Origin: a virus
IMG/VR virus record: IMGVR_UViG_3300025778_000010
Coordinates: 32,001 to 96,000 of that record
DNA: 64,000 nt
Strand: one strand, 5' to 3'
Every line of letters begins with the position of its first letter. The stretch's first letter is position 1. A program made the position numbers and the translations under genes. Below the pieces are notes generated by a model. It was not told where the DNA came from, ran no database searches, and saw only the letters and a program-made list of their open reading frames with translations. Shown here piece by piece: positions 8,941 through 19,401 of this stretch.

Positions 8941-11900
8941 TTATGCTTGTGCTTCAGTCCAAGACAAACGAGCCAAAATATTAGCCGATGTCAAACCAAT
9001 GTTTGTTGCTGTAATTGTAAGAATATCTGGTCCATTAGGAAATGCTGGCCACGCTTGGTTTCCATTACCTGAAAGAATTGATGTTCCTAAATCTCTAACT
9101 TGTGAAAGATCAAATACGGTAGAGTTATAAGCTGTACCACCGCCGTTATCTGAGTAGAAAGCAAACGCCTGATCTCCGCCAGAAACTGTAGTTATTGGGC
9201 TGGTAACTGGAACGCCAGTTACACCCGTATTATCATGGTAAATAACTTGTGCAAGTGAACCTGCACCTACACGAAGTAATTCCCAATCGTTAGGAATTGT
9301 TACGCCTGTTGGAAATGATGCTGGGTTATGAAGTCCCTGAATTAAGAATTGTCCTTGAGCAAGCACACCAACAGATGATAGCTTTAATTGCATGGTATTA
9401 ATAAGTTCACGAATACCATAGTTTCTTCCAATACCATTATCTACTGAAGGAGCAATACGAATTGAAATAAGTGGGTATGCTCTTTGTACGTTACCAAAAC
9501 TTTGTGTTACAACACCTGCAGGTGTAACAATAGAAGAAGGTAATGTAGATGTATTTGAAATTGTATAAGTAATATTTTGACCTGAAGAAGAAATAACGTT
9601 AAATGTTCCGTTATAAGTTGTATTTTCAGTTACAATTGCAGATGTTGAGCTAACTGAAGTAGATACCACGTTAACTGCTGCTTTATTATAAGTAAATGTT
9701 GTAGATGATGGAGCAGATGTAATTGTATATGTTCCATTAAATGTTGTATCAACACCTGAAACTGTTACTGTTTGTCCCGCAACAAGGTTGTGAGCACCAG
9801 AGGTAGTAAGTGTTGCAACTGTTGATGTTAAAGATTTATTTACAATTTGAGCAACTGTATTAACACCAGAAACTGTTATATTGTATCCAGCTTGGATGTT
9901 GTTTGTTCCTGATAATGTTAAAGTTGCAGTTCCTCCTGTTGCAGACTTAGATGCTACAGAACCTGTTACAGAACCAGAACCTGGAACCTGCATAAAGCGT
10001 TGCATACCTGCTGTAAACAAAAAGTTTTTATCGTCATCAAAACGTCCATCCATAATAACAGATGAACCCCAGTGGCTAATTACTGGTGCACAAGTATTTG
10101 TAATTGTTTGTACTGATACTTGAGCGTTACCTGTTCCATTTTGAATAGATGAATCTGGAATAAATGCAACGTTAGCTGATGTAGCAGACAATGTTGTTGC
10201 AACACCAGAAATGTAAGTTGTCATAGGTTGTCTGCGGTTAATATTAACTGCGTACCCACCTGCTGATGATACATAAGATGTATTTGTAATTGTATAAGAA
10301 CAAATTTCAGTATTTTGATCATCTTTAATAATCAAATATCCTGATGTTGGCCAATATTGAATGTTATCTACATACATAACAATTTCTGTAGGGTTAAGTG
10401 TAGAGCCTACAACTGCAGATCCGCCTGAAACTAAACGGGCATTAAAGAATGGTGAGTTAATAGCCTCATAACGTGCAGGTAAGTTACCTGAACGCATATA
10501 AGCTTCTGTATTAATGTTATTGTTAGCCATTTTGTGGCAATAAAGAATATTTCCTTCTGTAGTACGGAAACCAAAACGAATAAATCCTGCACCATACCAT
10601 GTATAGTCAATATAAACCATCTGCATCTTTGATGGGTCAAGTGTATATTGTGATGGACCTGTTCCATCCATTCTATCTACGTTCCACTGAGTTTGTGGGA
10701 CACGAATTTCTTGAGTTAAAATATAACGACAGTTAGCATTTGTTGAACCTTTATATGATGGAGAAATTTTCATTGTTGTATCGTTATTAATTTCAATAAC
10801 AGTATAGTTGGCACCTTTAATAACAATTTGGTTTCCAACCACAAGCTGCTTACGGAATCTTGTTCCTGTTCCTGTTACAACGTTAGAATACTGTGTAACA
10901 GCAACTTGTCCGTAAAGTTCTTTCTTTGAAAAACGACGAACTACATATAAGTATTGTCCATCGTATTCAAAAAAGAATCCATTTTGATCATTATATAGTC
11001 CGCAACGAGTTGCTGCACCTGTCCAAGAAAGAGCGGTAATCTTTGTATCAATACCGCCTGGCTGAGCATCTGTTGCAAGCATATTTTGTGTTAAATTCAT
11101 TACATAAGTAAAAGAATTTGGCCCTGTTACTGTTGCTACAGTAAATGAACCATTCCATGGGTTGTAAGAACCTGCGGTAGTTAAACCTTCAACCAAAATT
11201 GTGGCACCTGGTTGTAATCCGTGTGCTTGAATTGTAGTTGTTGTAACTGTTACGTTACCAGCTAGGTAGTTGGCTGCTTGAATTGAGTCAATATCATATG
11301 TTGGTGTAAATTTAGCACCAGTTGAAAATTGAATTGCTTTACCTGCTTGATAACGGAAATTACGTCGAGTTTGACGAATAACACGGGTTCCACATACGTT
11401 ATCTTGTGTTGAAAGAATTACACCACCATCAAATGGACGGTGTTGAACGAATCCGTTTGGCTTAGCATATAAACCAGTATTTGTTGTAGTAACAGGATTT
11501 GTAATTGTTTGATTTGCATAAAATTTAAACGTTGTTGGATTTGGAACGTTAATAATTCTATATTGACCTTGAATAGTACATGCTGCATTTTGATTACCAA
11601 TAAGAATTGGTTGTCCTGGAAGCAATCCATGTGCTGTTGGAGTAATTACAGTAATTGTAGAATTTGCTGCACCGTCTGAAAATGCTGTCCATGCATTAAG
11701 GCCAGCGGTTGTAGTGCCTCCTGGGATGTGAGCAGAATCATAAATTCCACCACCCGAAACGTTTGTTAAAGTTCCATCTTTAATTGAACCTGAAACAACT
11801 CCAGAGGCTTTGTACGTAAAGGTATATCCATCTGCAGAAACAGATGCTACTGGGTAAGTTCCTTCAGCAAGAGTATTTGTAGCTTCTTGTATAGAGATAA

Positions 11901-12453
11901 TATCTCCTACGTTTAAGTTTGATTGTGGGAAAGAAACAACGCAAGTAATTAATGAATATGGTGCTGAGCCATCTCCAGTAATAGAAACTAAATCAAAAGA
12001 GTTACCACCTGTTGATTTAGCAAAAAATGATGGGTAATTAGCAGCAAGAACTAATGCTTCCCATTTAGAACCTTGAATACCATATTCAAAGTCAGTATCA
12101 ATAAGAGACTGAGGTGCTGCTACACGCAACTTATTAACTGGATCAAGAAGTGTTTCTGTAAATGTCATTACTTCTGCTTCTTCATCAACAATAATGGCAA
12201 GTGAATCAGTTGACGACATAGCAGAACAATTGTATTTAAGATTAATGGTTGTTGTTGGAGTGTTTGTTGAACCACCAGTAATAGTAAAAGAGTTTGCATT
12301 TAATGTATTATCTGCAAAATTATAGATTACTGTGCCACGTGTAGTGTTAGTAATCAACATTAATCTATCTTGTCTAACAATACGAGGAATTACAATCGTA
12401 TTTGTTGCTGGATTAAAGGTGTAGTATACCTTTTCAATCATTCTTCTTGCCAT
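8941..12453 (-). CDS. large virion structural (tail/baseplate) protein
   Basis: 1170 aa; repeated T-x-x-AHGL-x-x-G-x-x-I beta modules. Confidence 0.7.
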   Translation of the reverse strand: MARRMIEKVYYTFNPATNTIVIPRIVRQDRLMLITNTTRGTVIYNFADNTLNANSFTITGGSTNTPTTTINLKYNCSAMSSTDSLAIIVDEEAEVMTFTETLLDPVNKLRVAAPQSLIDTDFEYGIQGSKWEALVLAANYPSFFAKSTGGNSFDLVSITGDGSAPYSLITCVVSFPQSNLNVGDIISIQEATNTLAEGTYPVASVSADGYTFTYKASGVVSGSIKDGTLTNVSGGGIYDSAHIPGGTTTAGLNAWTAFSDGAANSTITVITPTAHGLLPGQPILIGNQNAACTIQGQYRIINVPNPTTFKFYANQTITNPVTTTNTGLYAKPNGFVQHRPFDGGVILSTQDNVCGTRVIRQTRRNFRYQAGKAIQFSTGAKFTPTYDIDSIQAANYLAGNVTVTTTTIQAHGLQPGATILVEGLTTAGSYNPWNGSFTVATVTGPNSFTYVMNLTQNMLATDAQPGGIDTKITALSWTGAATRCGLYNDQNGFFFEYDGQYLYVVRRFSKKELYGQVAVTQYSNVVTGTGTRFRKQLVVGNQIVIKGANYTVIEINNDTTMKISPSYKGSTNANCRYILTQEIRVPQTQWNVDRMDGTGPSQYTLDPSKMQMVYIDYTWYGAGFIRFGFRTTEGNILYCHKMANNNINTEAYMRSGNLPARYEAINSPFFNARLVSGGSAVVGSTLNPTEIVMYVDNIQYWPTSGYLIIKDDQNTEICSYTITNTSYVSSAGGYAVNINRRQPMTTYISGVATTLSATSANVAFIPDSSIQNGTGNAQVSVQTITNTCAPVISHWGSSVIMDGRFDDDKNFLFTAGMQRFMQVPGSGSVTGSVASKSATGGTATLTLSGTNNIQAGYNITVSGVNTVAQIVNKSLTSTVATLTTSGAHNLVAGQTVTVSGVDTTFNGTYTITSAPSSTTFTYNKAAVNVVSTSVSSTSAIVTENTTYNGTFNVISSSGQNITYTISNTSTLPSSIVTPAGVVTQSFGNVQRAYPLISIRIAPSVDNGIGRNYGIRELINTMQLKLSSVGVLAQGQFLIQGLHNPASFPTGVTIPNDWELLRVGAGSLAQVIYHDNTGVTGVPVTSPITTVSGGDQAFAFYSDNGGGTAYNSTVFDLSQVRDLGTSILSGNGNQAWPAFPNGPDILTITATNIGLTSANILARLSWTEAQA

Positions 12454-12465
12454 TTTATATCTCCT

Positions 12466-13083
12466 TTAAAATAAGTAGCTGCTTGCTGCAAACTTACTTG
12501 TTAATTGTGATTGTGTTAAGGTACTTGTGTATTTTGGATACCAAATTCCTAAATTTAATTGTGCATCATTTGCATACAACTGCATTGCTGCATATGTTGA
12601 GTTTGCTAATGCACTTCCTGAAGGTCCCGTTGGGCCAGTCGCACCAGTTGCACCTTGTGAACCTGTTGGTCCTTTAAGATTTCCCTGCAATGTCCATGTA
12701 GGTGTAGGTGTTGCACTATATTGAAAATAATTTCCTGTTGTTGTATTTAAATATGTATCTAATGCTGCTGGCGATGCTGGATTTGTTCCAACTACTGGGT
12801 CAGCGATTCCTGTATAAGCATATGAGCCACGTTGTCCCGCAACACCCTGTGGTCCTTGTGAACCAGCTGCACCCGCTGGAATTGAAAAATTAAGAACTGC
12901 AGCTGAAGCAGTTCCAGAGTTTGTGACTGATGCATTTTGTCCTGATGCAAGAGTTGTTGTTGTTCCAATTGCAATTGTTGCAGAGGAACCCGCTGGTCCT
13001 GTTGGACCTGTTGGGCCTTGTGCACCTGGTTGTGAGCCAGCAACGACTACCCAAGCACTACCGTTCCAATATTTTAAAGACAT
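12466..13083 (-). CDS. collagen-like tail fibre protein
   Basis: Three Gly-X-Y tracts (GAQGPTGPTGPAG, GSQGPQGVAGQRG, GPTGSQGATGATGPTGPSG). Confidence 0.8.
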   Translation of the reverse strand: MSLKYWNGSAWVVVAGSQPGAQGPTGPTGPAGSSATIAIGTTTTLASGQNASVTNSGTASAAVLNFSIPAGAAGSQGPQGVAGQRGSYAYTGIADPVVGTNPASPAALDTYLNTTTGNYFQYSATPTPTWTLQGNLKGPTGSQGATGATGPTGPSGSALANSTYAAMQLYANDAQLNLGIWYPKYTSTLTQSQLTSKFAASSYLF

Positions 13084-13138
13084 TTATTACATCACACTCC
13101 TTTTAGAATTATATCACCTTAAGCTTAAAAACCTAATA

Positions 13139-13942
13139 TTATACTAAACCTGCTGACATCCATTCTAATGCTGAATTATCTAAGTTTTTTAAACTTAGGT
13201 TATATGCAAAATTTGCTGTTTGATTAACTGAATCTAACAAGTAGTTAGCGTCAGAAATTGTTGAAAGTCCCACCCAGTTTCCATTATATGCATAATAAAC
13301 TTTTCCAAACTGTGCTTCTTGAACAATTCTGCCAGGGACTGTTGAAGGGTCTGGAAAATTAGAAAATGTTGTATAAATCTGAGCATATTGAGCTACATTA
13401 GTTGTATCTGTTGGATCTGCCCAAAACTCATAAATAGTAGGATCTGGAGCAGTTGTAGCAATAGTAACAGCATTATTGCTTGTAATATCATTACTTGCCC
13501 AAAACTCTCCAACATATGGATTTGTTGGTGCAACCGATGAAGTATAAAATAATGCTCCACCATAATCTGATGGGTCTGCCCACAATTGATATTGTGTTGG
13601 GTCTGGAGCAGATCCTGCTCCTTGATACAAAAGGTTTGGTGGGATTGTAGATTGATCATCTGTAACAATCCACATATCTCCAACAAGAGGTTGAGCTGGA
13701 GCATTTGTTTTTGACCCTATAACAAAATATTGATTATTAACAATTGAATTACCTTGATAATTAACAAATATTTGTCCAGTTCCACCGCCACCGCCTGAAC
13801 CTGAACCTAAATCTTGCCAATATGTTGTATACCCACGAAATTTATTTGTAGTTGTATTAAAATAAACTTGACCAGGAAGTCCCACAGATGGATCGGTAGT
13901 TAAACGAGCTACTTGCAAAGCTGTTAAATATGATTTAGCCAA
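13139..13942 (-). CDS. tail fibre-like protein with short AP...W repeats
   Basis: Repeats APAQPLVGDMW, APDPTQYQLW, APTNPYVGEFW, APDPTIYEFW. Confidence 0.6.
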   Translation of the reverse strand: MAKSYLTALQVARLTTDPSVGLPGQVYFNTTTNKFRGYTTYWQDLGSGSGGGGGTGQIFVNYQGNSIVNNQYFVIGSKTNAPAQPLVGDMWIVTDDQSTIPPNLLYQGAGSAPDPTQYQLWADPSDYGGALFYTSSVAPTNPYVGEFWASNDITSNNAVTIATTAPDPTIYEFWADPTDTTNVAQYAQIYTTFSNFPDPSTVPGRIVQEAQFGKVYYAYNGNWVGLSTISDANYLLDSVNQTANFAYNLSLKNLDNSALEWMSAGLV

Positions 13943-13956
13943 GTGGGACTCCTAAA

Positions 13957-16371
13957 TTATCCAGTAATTACTACGTTGTAAAGAATTCCTGTTGATGGAG
14001 CAGATGCAAATCCAATTGTTACCGTATTTGTATCTTTGTGAGTAATATCTACTTCAACTTCAGCCCATTGAGTATCTGGTGATGCTGAAGCTTGATAAAC
14101 AGCAACTGTAACATCTCTTGTTGATAAGTTATGAACAATATCAAAGCTAGATGCTGAGTTATTACCCGTAATTGTAGCAGATAGTTTTTGGATTCCATAT
14201 GTTCTTGCTCCACCGCTAACACCTGTTGCAGTTTGTGAAACCGTATCAGATGAAAGAATAATGTTATTGCTTGAAATTGCAAGACCAGTTCCAACATTTA
14301 CCTTTAATCCGCTATTTGTTGTTGACAAACCACCTGCGGGATTAAGATTTAATTGAAGTGTTCCGTTGTAAAGGGAAAGACCTGAATTACTTGTAGGTCC
14401 CGTGCTTGTTGTGTCAGAAGAAGAACCTAATGATACTGAAACTTGTGAACCAACAACCAAAATACCATTTCCAGCTGTAATTGTTCCAGAACCAGAGAAC
14501 TGTGTCCAGTTAATTGGATCAGTTCCAATAACAATAGATTGTTTGTTTCCTGTTCCTTGGGTGTTCATTACCCAACCAGTGTTATTTTGTGTTGGTACTG
14601 TTACATACTCGCTTGTGTTTACAGCAACGAATACTAAGTCTCCAGGTGCTACTTGTCCAGCAATATGGTTATCTGAATCTACTGCACGAGTAAGTACCCA
14701 CTTGCTTGAAGAACTACCAGTATTTGTTACAACATAAATACCGTTCCATGTTGCATTTGTTTCATTCTTAATAAGAACACGATCATATTGATCTGGTGTG
14801 TAATTATCAATTGTAAATACACCGTTAATTCCAGATGTAAGTGTTGCACCTACACCGTAACCTCCGCCATTATCAGCTGTTCCAGCAGTATAAACTACTG
14901 TTCCATAAGTTGATCCTAATGGTGCTGTGGTTGCTGCCTCTACTGCATCGTGTGAGTTAAATCCTGTTCCTAAGTTATCAACATATTGCTTTGTAGCAAC
15001 TTGTAGAGCTTGACTTGGATCTGCAGAAACATATACTTGAGCAAATGTTGGTGTAGCTGTTGATCTAATATCTTGAGCTGTATCAAGAGTAATTGAACCG
15101 CTGCCATTTGTAATTGTTACGCCATTTGTTGCACCTTGTGAAAGTGTAGCAACTGCATAAGTTCCATCTGCTTTACCGATTAAAATCTTTCCTGATGTAG
15201 GAGTTGTTGAGGTACCTGTGCCACCTTGTCCAACTGAAAGAGCTGTTGTTAAACCTGAAAGGCTTGTAATACTTGAGTTAGCTCCAGATTCTGCTGCACC
15301 CAAGTTAGTACGTGCACCAGCTGCTGTTGTTGCTCCAGTACCGCCATTTGTAACACTAAGAGCATTTGTTAAGCTAAGTGTTGGAATTGTTACTGTTCCA
15401 GTAAATGTTGGAGATGCAAGTCTTGCAACAGATGCAGGAATATCAGCATCTACAAGAGACCTAAATGTTGGTGTTGCATCTGAACCAGTTGCTGGGCCAG
15501 CAAAAACTGTATTCTTTGCTTGAGTATTAAGTGTTGCTGTAAGTGTTCCAGTTGTTGTTACTGGTGAATTACTTACTGTAAAGATTGATGGGAGTGACAA
15601 AGCAACGCTTGTAACACCTGTATTAGCAATAGTTAATGTATCGCCAAGATTTGTTGTTACAGTTGATGTACCACCATTTACAGAAATTCCAGTTCCTGGG
15701 GTTACTGTAATTGAAGGGTGTACAAGTGCTGAGTTAGGAATATTTGTAAATGTATTTGTTGATCCTGACAAAGATTTATTTGTAAATGTTTGTGTTGAAT
15801 CAAGATCAGCAATTGTATGTGTTCCTGAGTTGTAATAAGCCTTAAATCCTGCTGTTGAATCTAACCAAATATCACCAGCTACTGGTGCAGTTGGTGCAGA
15901 TGTTGCAACTGGAATATTAATTGATGCTCCACCTGTAGTTGAAGCAGTAAATGTTGACTTACCGCCTGTTACAGTAAGAGTTCCGCCCAATGTTGTTGCT
16001 GAACCGTTTGGTACAGCCAATGATCCTGGTAATGTAAGAGCAGAGGCAAGAGAAATAGTAACTGTATTTGTGGCATTAGATACAACTACTTGATTGCTTG
16101 TTCCTGCTACTGTTACGGCTCCAGTAAAGTTGTTTACAGAGCTTACTGTATTGTAGGTAGAGCTAATTTGCTCCCAAGCATAAGTTGCTGGGGTTGTTGG
16201 GTAGTTTGACCAATATGATTGGTAAAGGGCACCACGATTGTTGTTTGCGGTGGTGCTAAAGTATAGTTGACCTGCATTATAAATTGATGGTGCAGATGAT
16301 GCTGAATGGATTACAGCATTTAATAGCTGATTTCCTTTAAGATTAATATTTGTTAAAAACGTTTTTGCCAT
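13957..16371 (-). CDS. long tail fibre protein
   Basis: 804 aa, T/S/G-rich; GGTGATTAAGARTNLG, VATKQYVD and RVLIKNET...NGIY fibre motifs. Confidence 0.8.
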   Translation of the reverse strand: MAKTFLTNINLKGNQLLNAVIHSASSAPSIYNAGQLYFSTTANNNRGALYQSYWSNYPTTPATYAWEQISSTYNTVSSVNNFTGAVTVAGTSNQVVVSNATNTVTISLASALTLPGSLAVPNGSATTLGGTLTVTGGKSTFTASTTGGASINIPVATSAPTAPVAGDIWLDSTAGFKAYYNSGTHTIADLDSTQTFTNKSLSGSTNTFTNIPNSALVHPSITVTPGTGISVNGGTSTVTTNLGDTLTIANTGVTSVALSLPSIFTVSNSPVTTTGTLTATLNTQAKNTVFAGPATGSDATPTFRSLVDADIPASVARLASPTFTGTVTIPTLSLTNALSVTNGGTGATTAAGARTNLGAAESGANSSITSLSGLTTALSVGQGGTGTSTTPTSGKILIGKADGTYAVATLSQGATNGVTITNGSGSITLDTAQDIRSTATPTFAQVYVSADPSQALQVATKQYVDNLGTGFNSHDAVEAATTAPLGSTYGTVVYTAGTADNGGGYGVGATLTSGINGVFTIDNYTPDQYDRVLIKNETNATWNGIYVVTNTGSSSSKWVLTRAVDSDNHIAGQVAPGDLVFVAVNTSEYVTVPTQNNTGWVMNTQGTGNKQSIVIGTDPINWTQFSGSGTITAGNGILVVGSQVSVSLGSSSDTTSTGPTSNSGLSLYNGTLQLNLNPAGGLSTTNSGLKVNVGTGLAISSNNIILSSDTVSQTATGVSGGARTYGIQKLSATITGNNSASSFDIVHNLSTRDVTVAVYQASASPDTQWAEVEVDITHKDTNTVTIGFASAPSTGILYNVVITG

Positions 16372-16393
16372 GTTTTGTTACTCTCCCTTTTGA

Positions 16394-16948
16394 TTATGAT
16401 AAATACGCATAGCCTGATACAGGTGTATTGAAATCTAATTCAATATTATTTGCATCAATTTGCGTGATATCACATTCTAAATTATTCTGACCATAATCCG
16501 TGACTTGCACATTTGGGCGATAATGCAGGTTATGGTTTATATGCCAGGTCGTGCTGTTTGTTTGCTGCTCGTAAATATAAGAAAAATTTGATGGATTTAC
16601 AAGAACTTGTCCTGCATTCCATGAGTCACCTAGTTTTGTATAAACAGTATTGTTTGACGAATCAATAAAAATATCACTAGGATATCCTATTGTGTTTGAT
16701 GGTGTAGTTGTTCCAATGTAGATCTGTTGTCCACCAATTGGAAAATTTGGTGTTCCCCAGCCATTTTGGGTTTTTGGCCCATAAAATTGTTTTGAAGCAG
16801 AATCAATATAGTAATCACCAACAACTCCTAAAGTTGAGCTTGGTGTACCAACATTACTATAAATAATGCTTCCACGAGGACCTTGGACTCCTGTAGAAGA
16901 AATGTTAGCAATGTTATCTTGTTTGATAACTGTTACATTTTCTGCCAT
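16394..16948 (-). CDS. tail-associated structural protein
   Basis: GDYYID/GPKT repeats and WHINHNL...GYAYLS C-domain. Confidence 0.65.
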   Translation of the reverse strand: MAENVTVIKQDNIANISSTGVQGPRGSIIYSNVGTPSSTLGVVGDYYIDSASKQFYGPKTQNGWGTPNFPIGGQQIYIGTTTPSNTIGYPSDIFIDSSNNTVYTKLGDSWNAGQVLVNPSNFSYIYEQQTNSTTWHINHNLHYRPNVQVTDYGQNNLECDITQIDANNIELDFNTPVSGYAYLS

Positions 16949-17304
16949 TACATAATCACCCCTGGTTCAACTAAAAGCCAACCTTGAAGAATTGTTTGAG
17001 CAATTCCACCACTGCTGGTAAGTTGTATTTGATAAGCACTTCTTGGAAGAACAAAGTTTTTTGTCATTGAAGGTGGTAGATTAATTTGAATGATACCTGA
17101 TTGAAGATTTGGAATTGTAATTCCACTTCCAATTATTCCCGTTGCACAAACAATTTTACCGCCTGGCTTATCTCTTACTTCAATAGTTGCGGTATATCCA
17201 GTTAAATCAATAGGAATATTATTTGAGTCTGTATAGGTAATACTCAAAGTGAATGAATCACCCTGAATAACATTATAGTTGACTTCTTTTTGATTCACGG
17301 ACAC
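16948..17304 (-). CDS. baseplate/fibre attachment beta-sandwich protein
   Basis: QGDSF...PIDLTGYTA...YQIQL pattern. Confidence 0.6.
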   Translation of the reverse strand: MSVNQKEVNYNVIQGDSFTLSITYTDSNNIPIDLTGYTATIEVRDKPGGKIVCATGIIGSGITIPNLQSGIIQINLPPSMTKNFVLPRSAYQIQLTSSGGIAQTILQGWLLVEPGVIM

Positions 17305-17362
17305 ACCTCTATATTAAAGTATTTCAGTATTGATTATAGCATTTTAATTTGTTAATTCATAG

Positions 17363-17401
17363 AAAAACCCCTGCCACGTATTCGCCGTAGAAACAGGGGT
17401 T
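17363..17401 (-). terminator. intrinsic terminator after nrdJ
   Basis: AACCCCTG...CAGGGGTT stem followed by a T-run on the minus strand. Confidence 0.65.
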
Positions 17402-17417
17402 CTTAAATTAAATTATA

Positions 17418-19352
17418 TCAGTTTTGACCAATATCAACAATTTCACATTCTCCAGATACGCAAGCTAATGCTTGTGTCCCTGTAGTACTATCTTCAAGTT
17501 CATACATTGACAAAGCAGCCCAATTAATTGATTTTGGCATCTTTGCAACCATTTCTTCATATGCAGCCTTATTAACTTCTTGATAAGGAGCTTGTACATA
17601 AGTATGTTCTGAATATGGCAAAAATGAAATTCCTGAGCATTCATCAAAATGCTTGTACACCCAAGCACCTACTTCCATCCACTCATCTTCTTTTACAGAA
17701 ATTGTTACAGATGGCTTATGTTCGCACCAATGGCGTTGGTAAACAAGCCAAATTTCAAGTTGTTCTAATGCTGAAACTTTATCTCTTGTAATAGCATTTT
17801 TTGGTGCTTTTACTGGAAATGAAAATACAGTAGTAGCGTCTGGTTTCATTACATCATCTTCTGCAGGAATACCTGAATCTTGTAAGAACTGGGTGATAGG
17901 ATCTTTCTTGTCACCACGAACTGTGCGAATATAATACTCTGAATGCCATGCATGCATTCCTGAAGACACCCCGACCAATTGAGATACTGTGCCCGAAGGC
18001 TTAACGCAAGTAATTGCTGCTGAGGCGGGAATCCCAATTTTCTCTGCCTCTTCAATATTTGTTGTAACTGCATATTCACGAAGTCTGCTTAAAACATCTC
18101 CGAGTTTATCTAATCCTTCTTGTCCAGAAAAGAACTTATGTCCAAACTGTCCAGTAAGAGAAACTCCTAATAAACGCTCTTCTTCTGTATTGTCTTTCCA
18201 AATTTTACGAATGTACTTAAAGTCTGTAAGAGTTGATTGCCATGTCCCAAGAATTGTTGCAAGACGGACTTTATTAGCAACATCTTCAACTGTATCTTTT
18301 TCACGAAGTACGACTTCTGAAAGATTACAAAACTGGTAAGGACGTAAAATAATTTCTGAGCAAGGGTTAGTTCCATAGTGAATATCTGCACTACGTCTTC
18401 CGTACTTTGCTGCTTGAGCTTGGGCTGCTGCCACATTGTAGATACCTCTTTCGCCCGACTTTGAATCATATAAAGACTTCCATTCTGAAATAAATTGTGC
18501 CATCTCTGGTTTGCGAGAATAAGCAACAGAGTTATTTGATAAAGCACGTTGGGCATTTGATTCCCACCAGTTACCAGCTTTTGCTGCTGCCATTTCAATA
18601 TCATTAATATTAGAAAGAGAAATTAATGCTGAACGACGAACTCCTCCAACAACTACAACTTCTCCAATTTTACACATTATGTCATGAGCTTCAATTGGCT
18701 TAAGTTGACGACCAAGTGCTCCTTTAAAAACTTTAATTGTAAAATCAAAAAGATTAACTAATGGTTGTGGTCCTGAAGATCTTCCTCCCATTGTCTTTAA
18801 GCGAGCACCTGAAGGACGAACTTTACTTATATCAACTTGAGGAATATGTCCTGCCCATAAAAGTCCAAGGAGTTCACGATAAGCTTTAGCCCAACCTTCT
18901 TTTGAATCACTAACAATAATTGTTGTGTTTGATTTGTCTAATGTTTCTGGAAGAACGGGGAGTTTATTAACATATTTATATTCAACAGAAAAACCAACAC
19001 CAGTGCCACACATAAGAATATACATTGCTTCATCAAATGATCTAGGATTATCAACTGGAATAAATGAACAATTATATCCAGCAACATTTTCTCTTTCTAG
19101 TGCTGGACCAGCAGTCATAATAGAACGCATAGATGGCATTACATTACGATTAAATACTGCATCACGTAACTCTGCAACAATCTTTGGGTCAGGAGAATAA
19201 TTATTATTTTCTTTTAACTTTGAGACCATAAAGTTAAAGTAACGATCTACTGTTTCACCCCATGTCTCACGACGATTTTCGTGTTCTAACCATCTTGCAT
19301 ATCGAGATAAAGCAATAAAATTTTCATATGGATTTTCGATAGTATTAGACAT
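17418..19352 (-). CDS. nrdJ: class II (adenosylcobalamin-dependent) ribonucleotide reductase
   Basis: YNCSF, GTNPCSEI...FCNLSE, TCVKPSGTVSQL and C-terminal CVSGEC. Confidence 0.92.
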   Translation of the reverse strand: MSNTIENPYENFIALSRYARWLEHENRRETWGETVDRYFNFMVSKLKENNNYSPDPKIVAELRDAVFNRNVMPSMRSIMTAGPALERENVAGYNCSFIPVDNPRSFDEAMYILMCGTGVGFSVEYKYVNKLPVLPETLDKSNTTIIVSDSKEGWAKAYRELLGLLWAGHIPQVDISKVRPSGARLKTMGGRSSGPQPLVNLFDFTIKVFKGALGRQLKPIEAHDIMCKIGEVVVVGGVRRSALISLSNINDIEMAAAKAGNWWESNAQRALSNNSVAYSRKPEMAQFISEWKSLYDSKSGERGIYNVAAAQAQAAKYGRRSADIHYGTNPCSEIILRPYQFCNLSEVVLREKDTVEDVANKVRLATILGTWQSTLTDFKYIRKIWKDNTEEERLLGVSLTGQFGHKFFSGQEGLDKLGDVLSRLREYAVTTNIEEAEKIGIPASAAITCVKPSGTVSQLVGVSSGMHAWHSEYYIRTVRGDKKDPITQFLQDSGIPAEDDVMKPDATTVFSFPVKAPKNAITRDKVSALEQLEIWLVYQRHWCEHKPSVTISVKEDEWMEVGAWVYKHFDECSGISFLPYSEHTYVQAPYQEVNKAAYEEMVAKMPKSINWAALSMYELEDSTTGTQALACVSGECEIVDIGQN

Positions 19353-19401
19353 TGGTTCTCCTAGTTAGATTGAATTTAGAACTTAATTGTAGCACATTTT
19401 T

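Noticed and set aside
315-17304. Diversity-generating retroelement or invertible tail-fibre switch
   Set aside because: No reverse transcriptase, invertase or near-identical template/variable repeat pair in this window
185-19200. Many short opposite-strand or alternate-frame ORFs overlapping long genes (e.g. 185..424, 4077..4358, 14402..14737, 17989..18339)
   Set aside because: Shadow ORFs of codon-biased genes, without RBS or recognisable motifs
19360-19400. NrdR box or cobalamin riboswitch upstream of nrdJ
   Set aside because: The gap is under 50 nt and shows only a TG-C-TACAAT -10 and an RBS; no convincing NrdR palindrome
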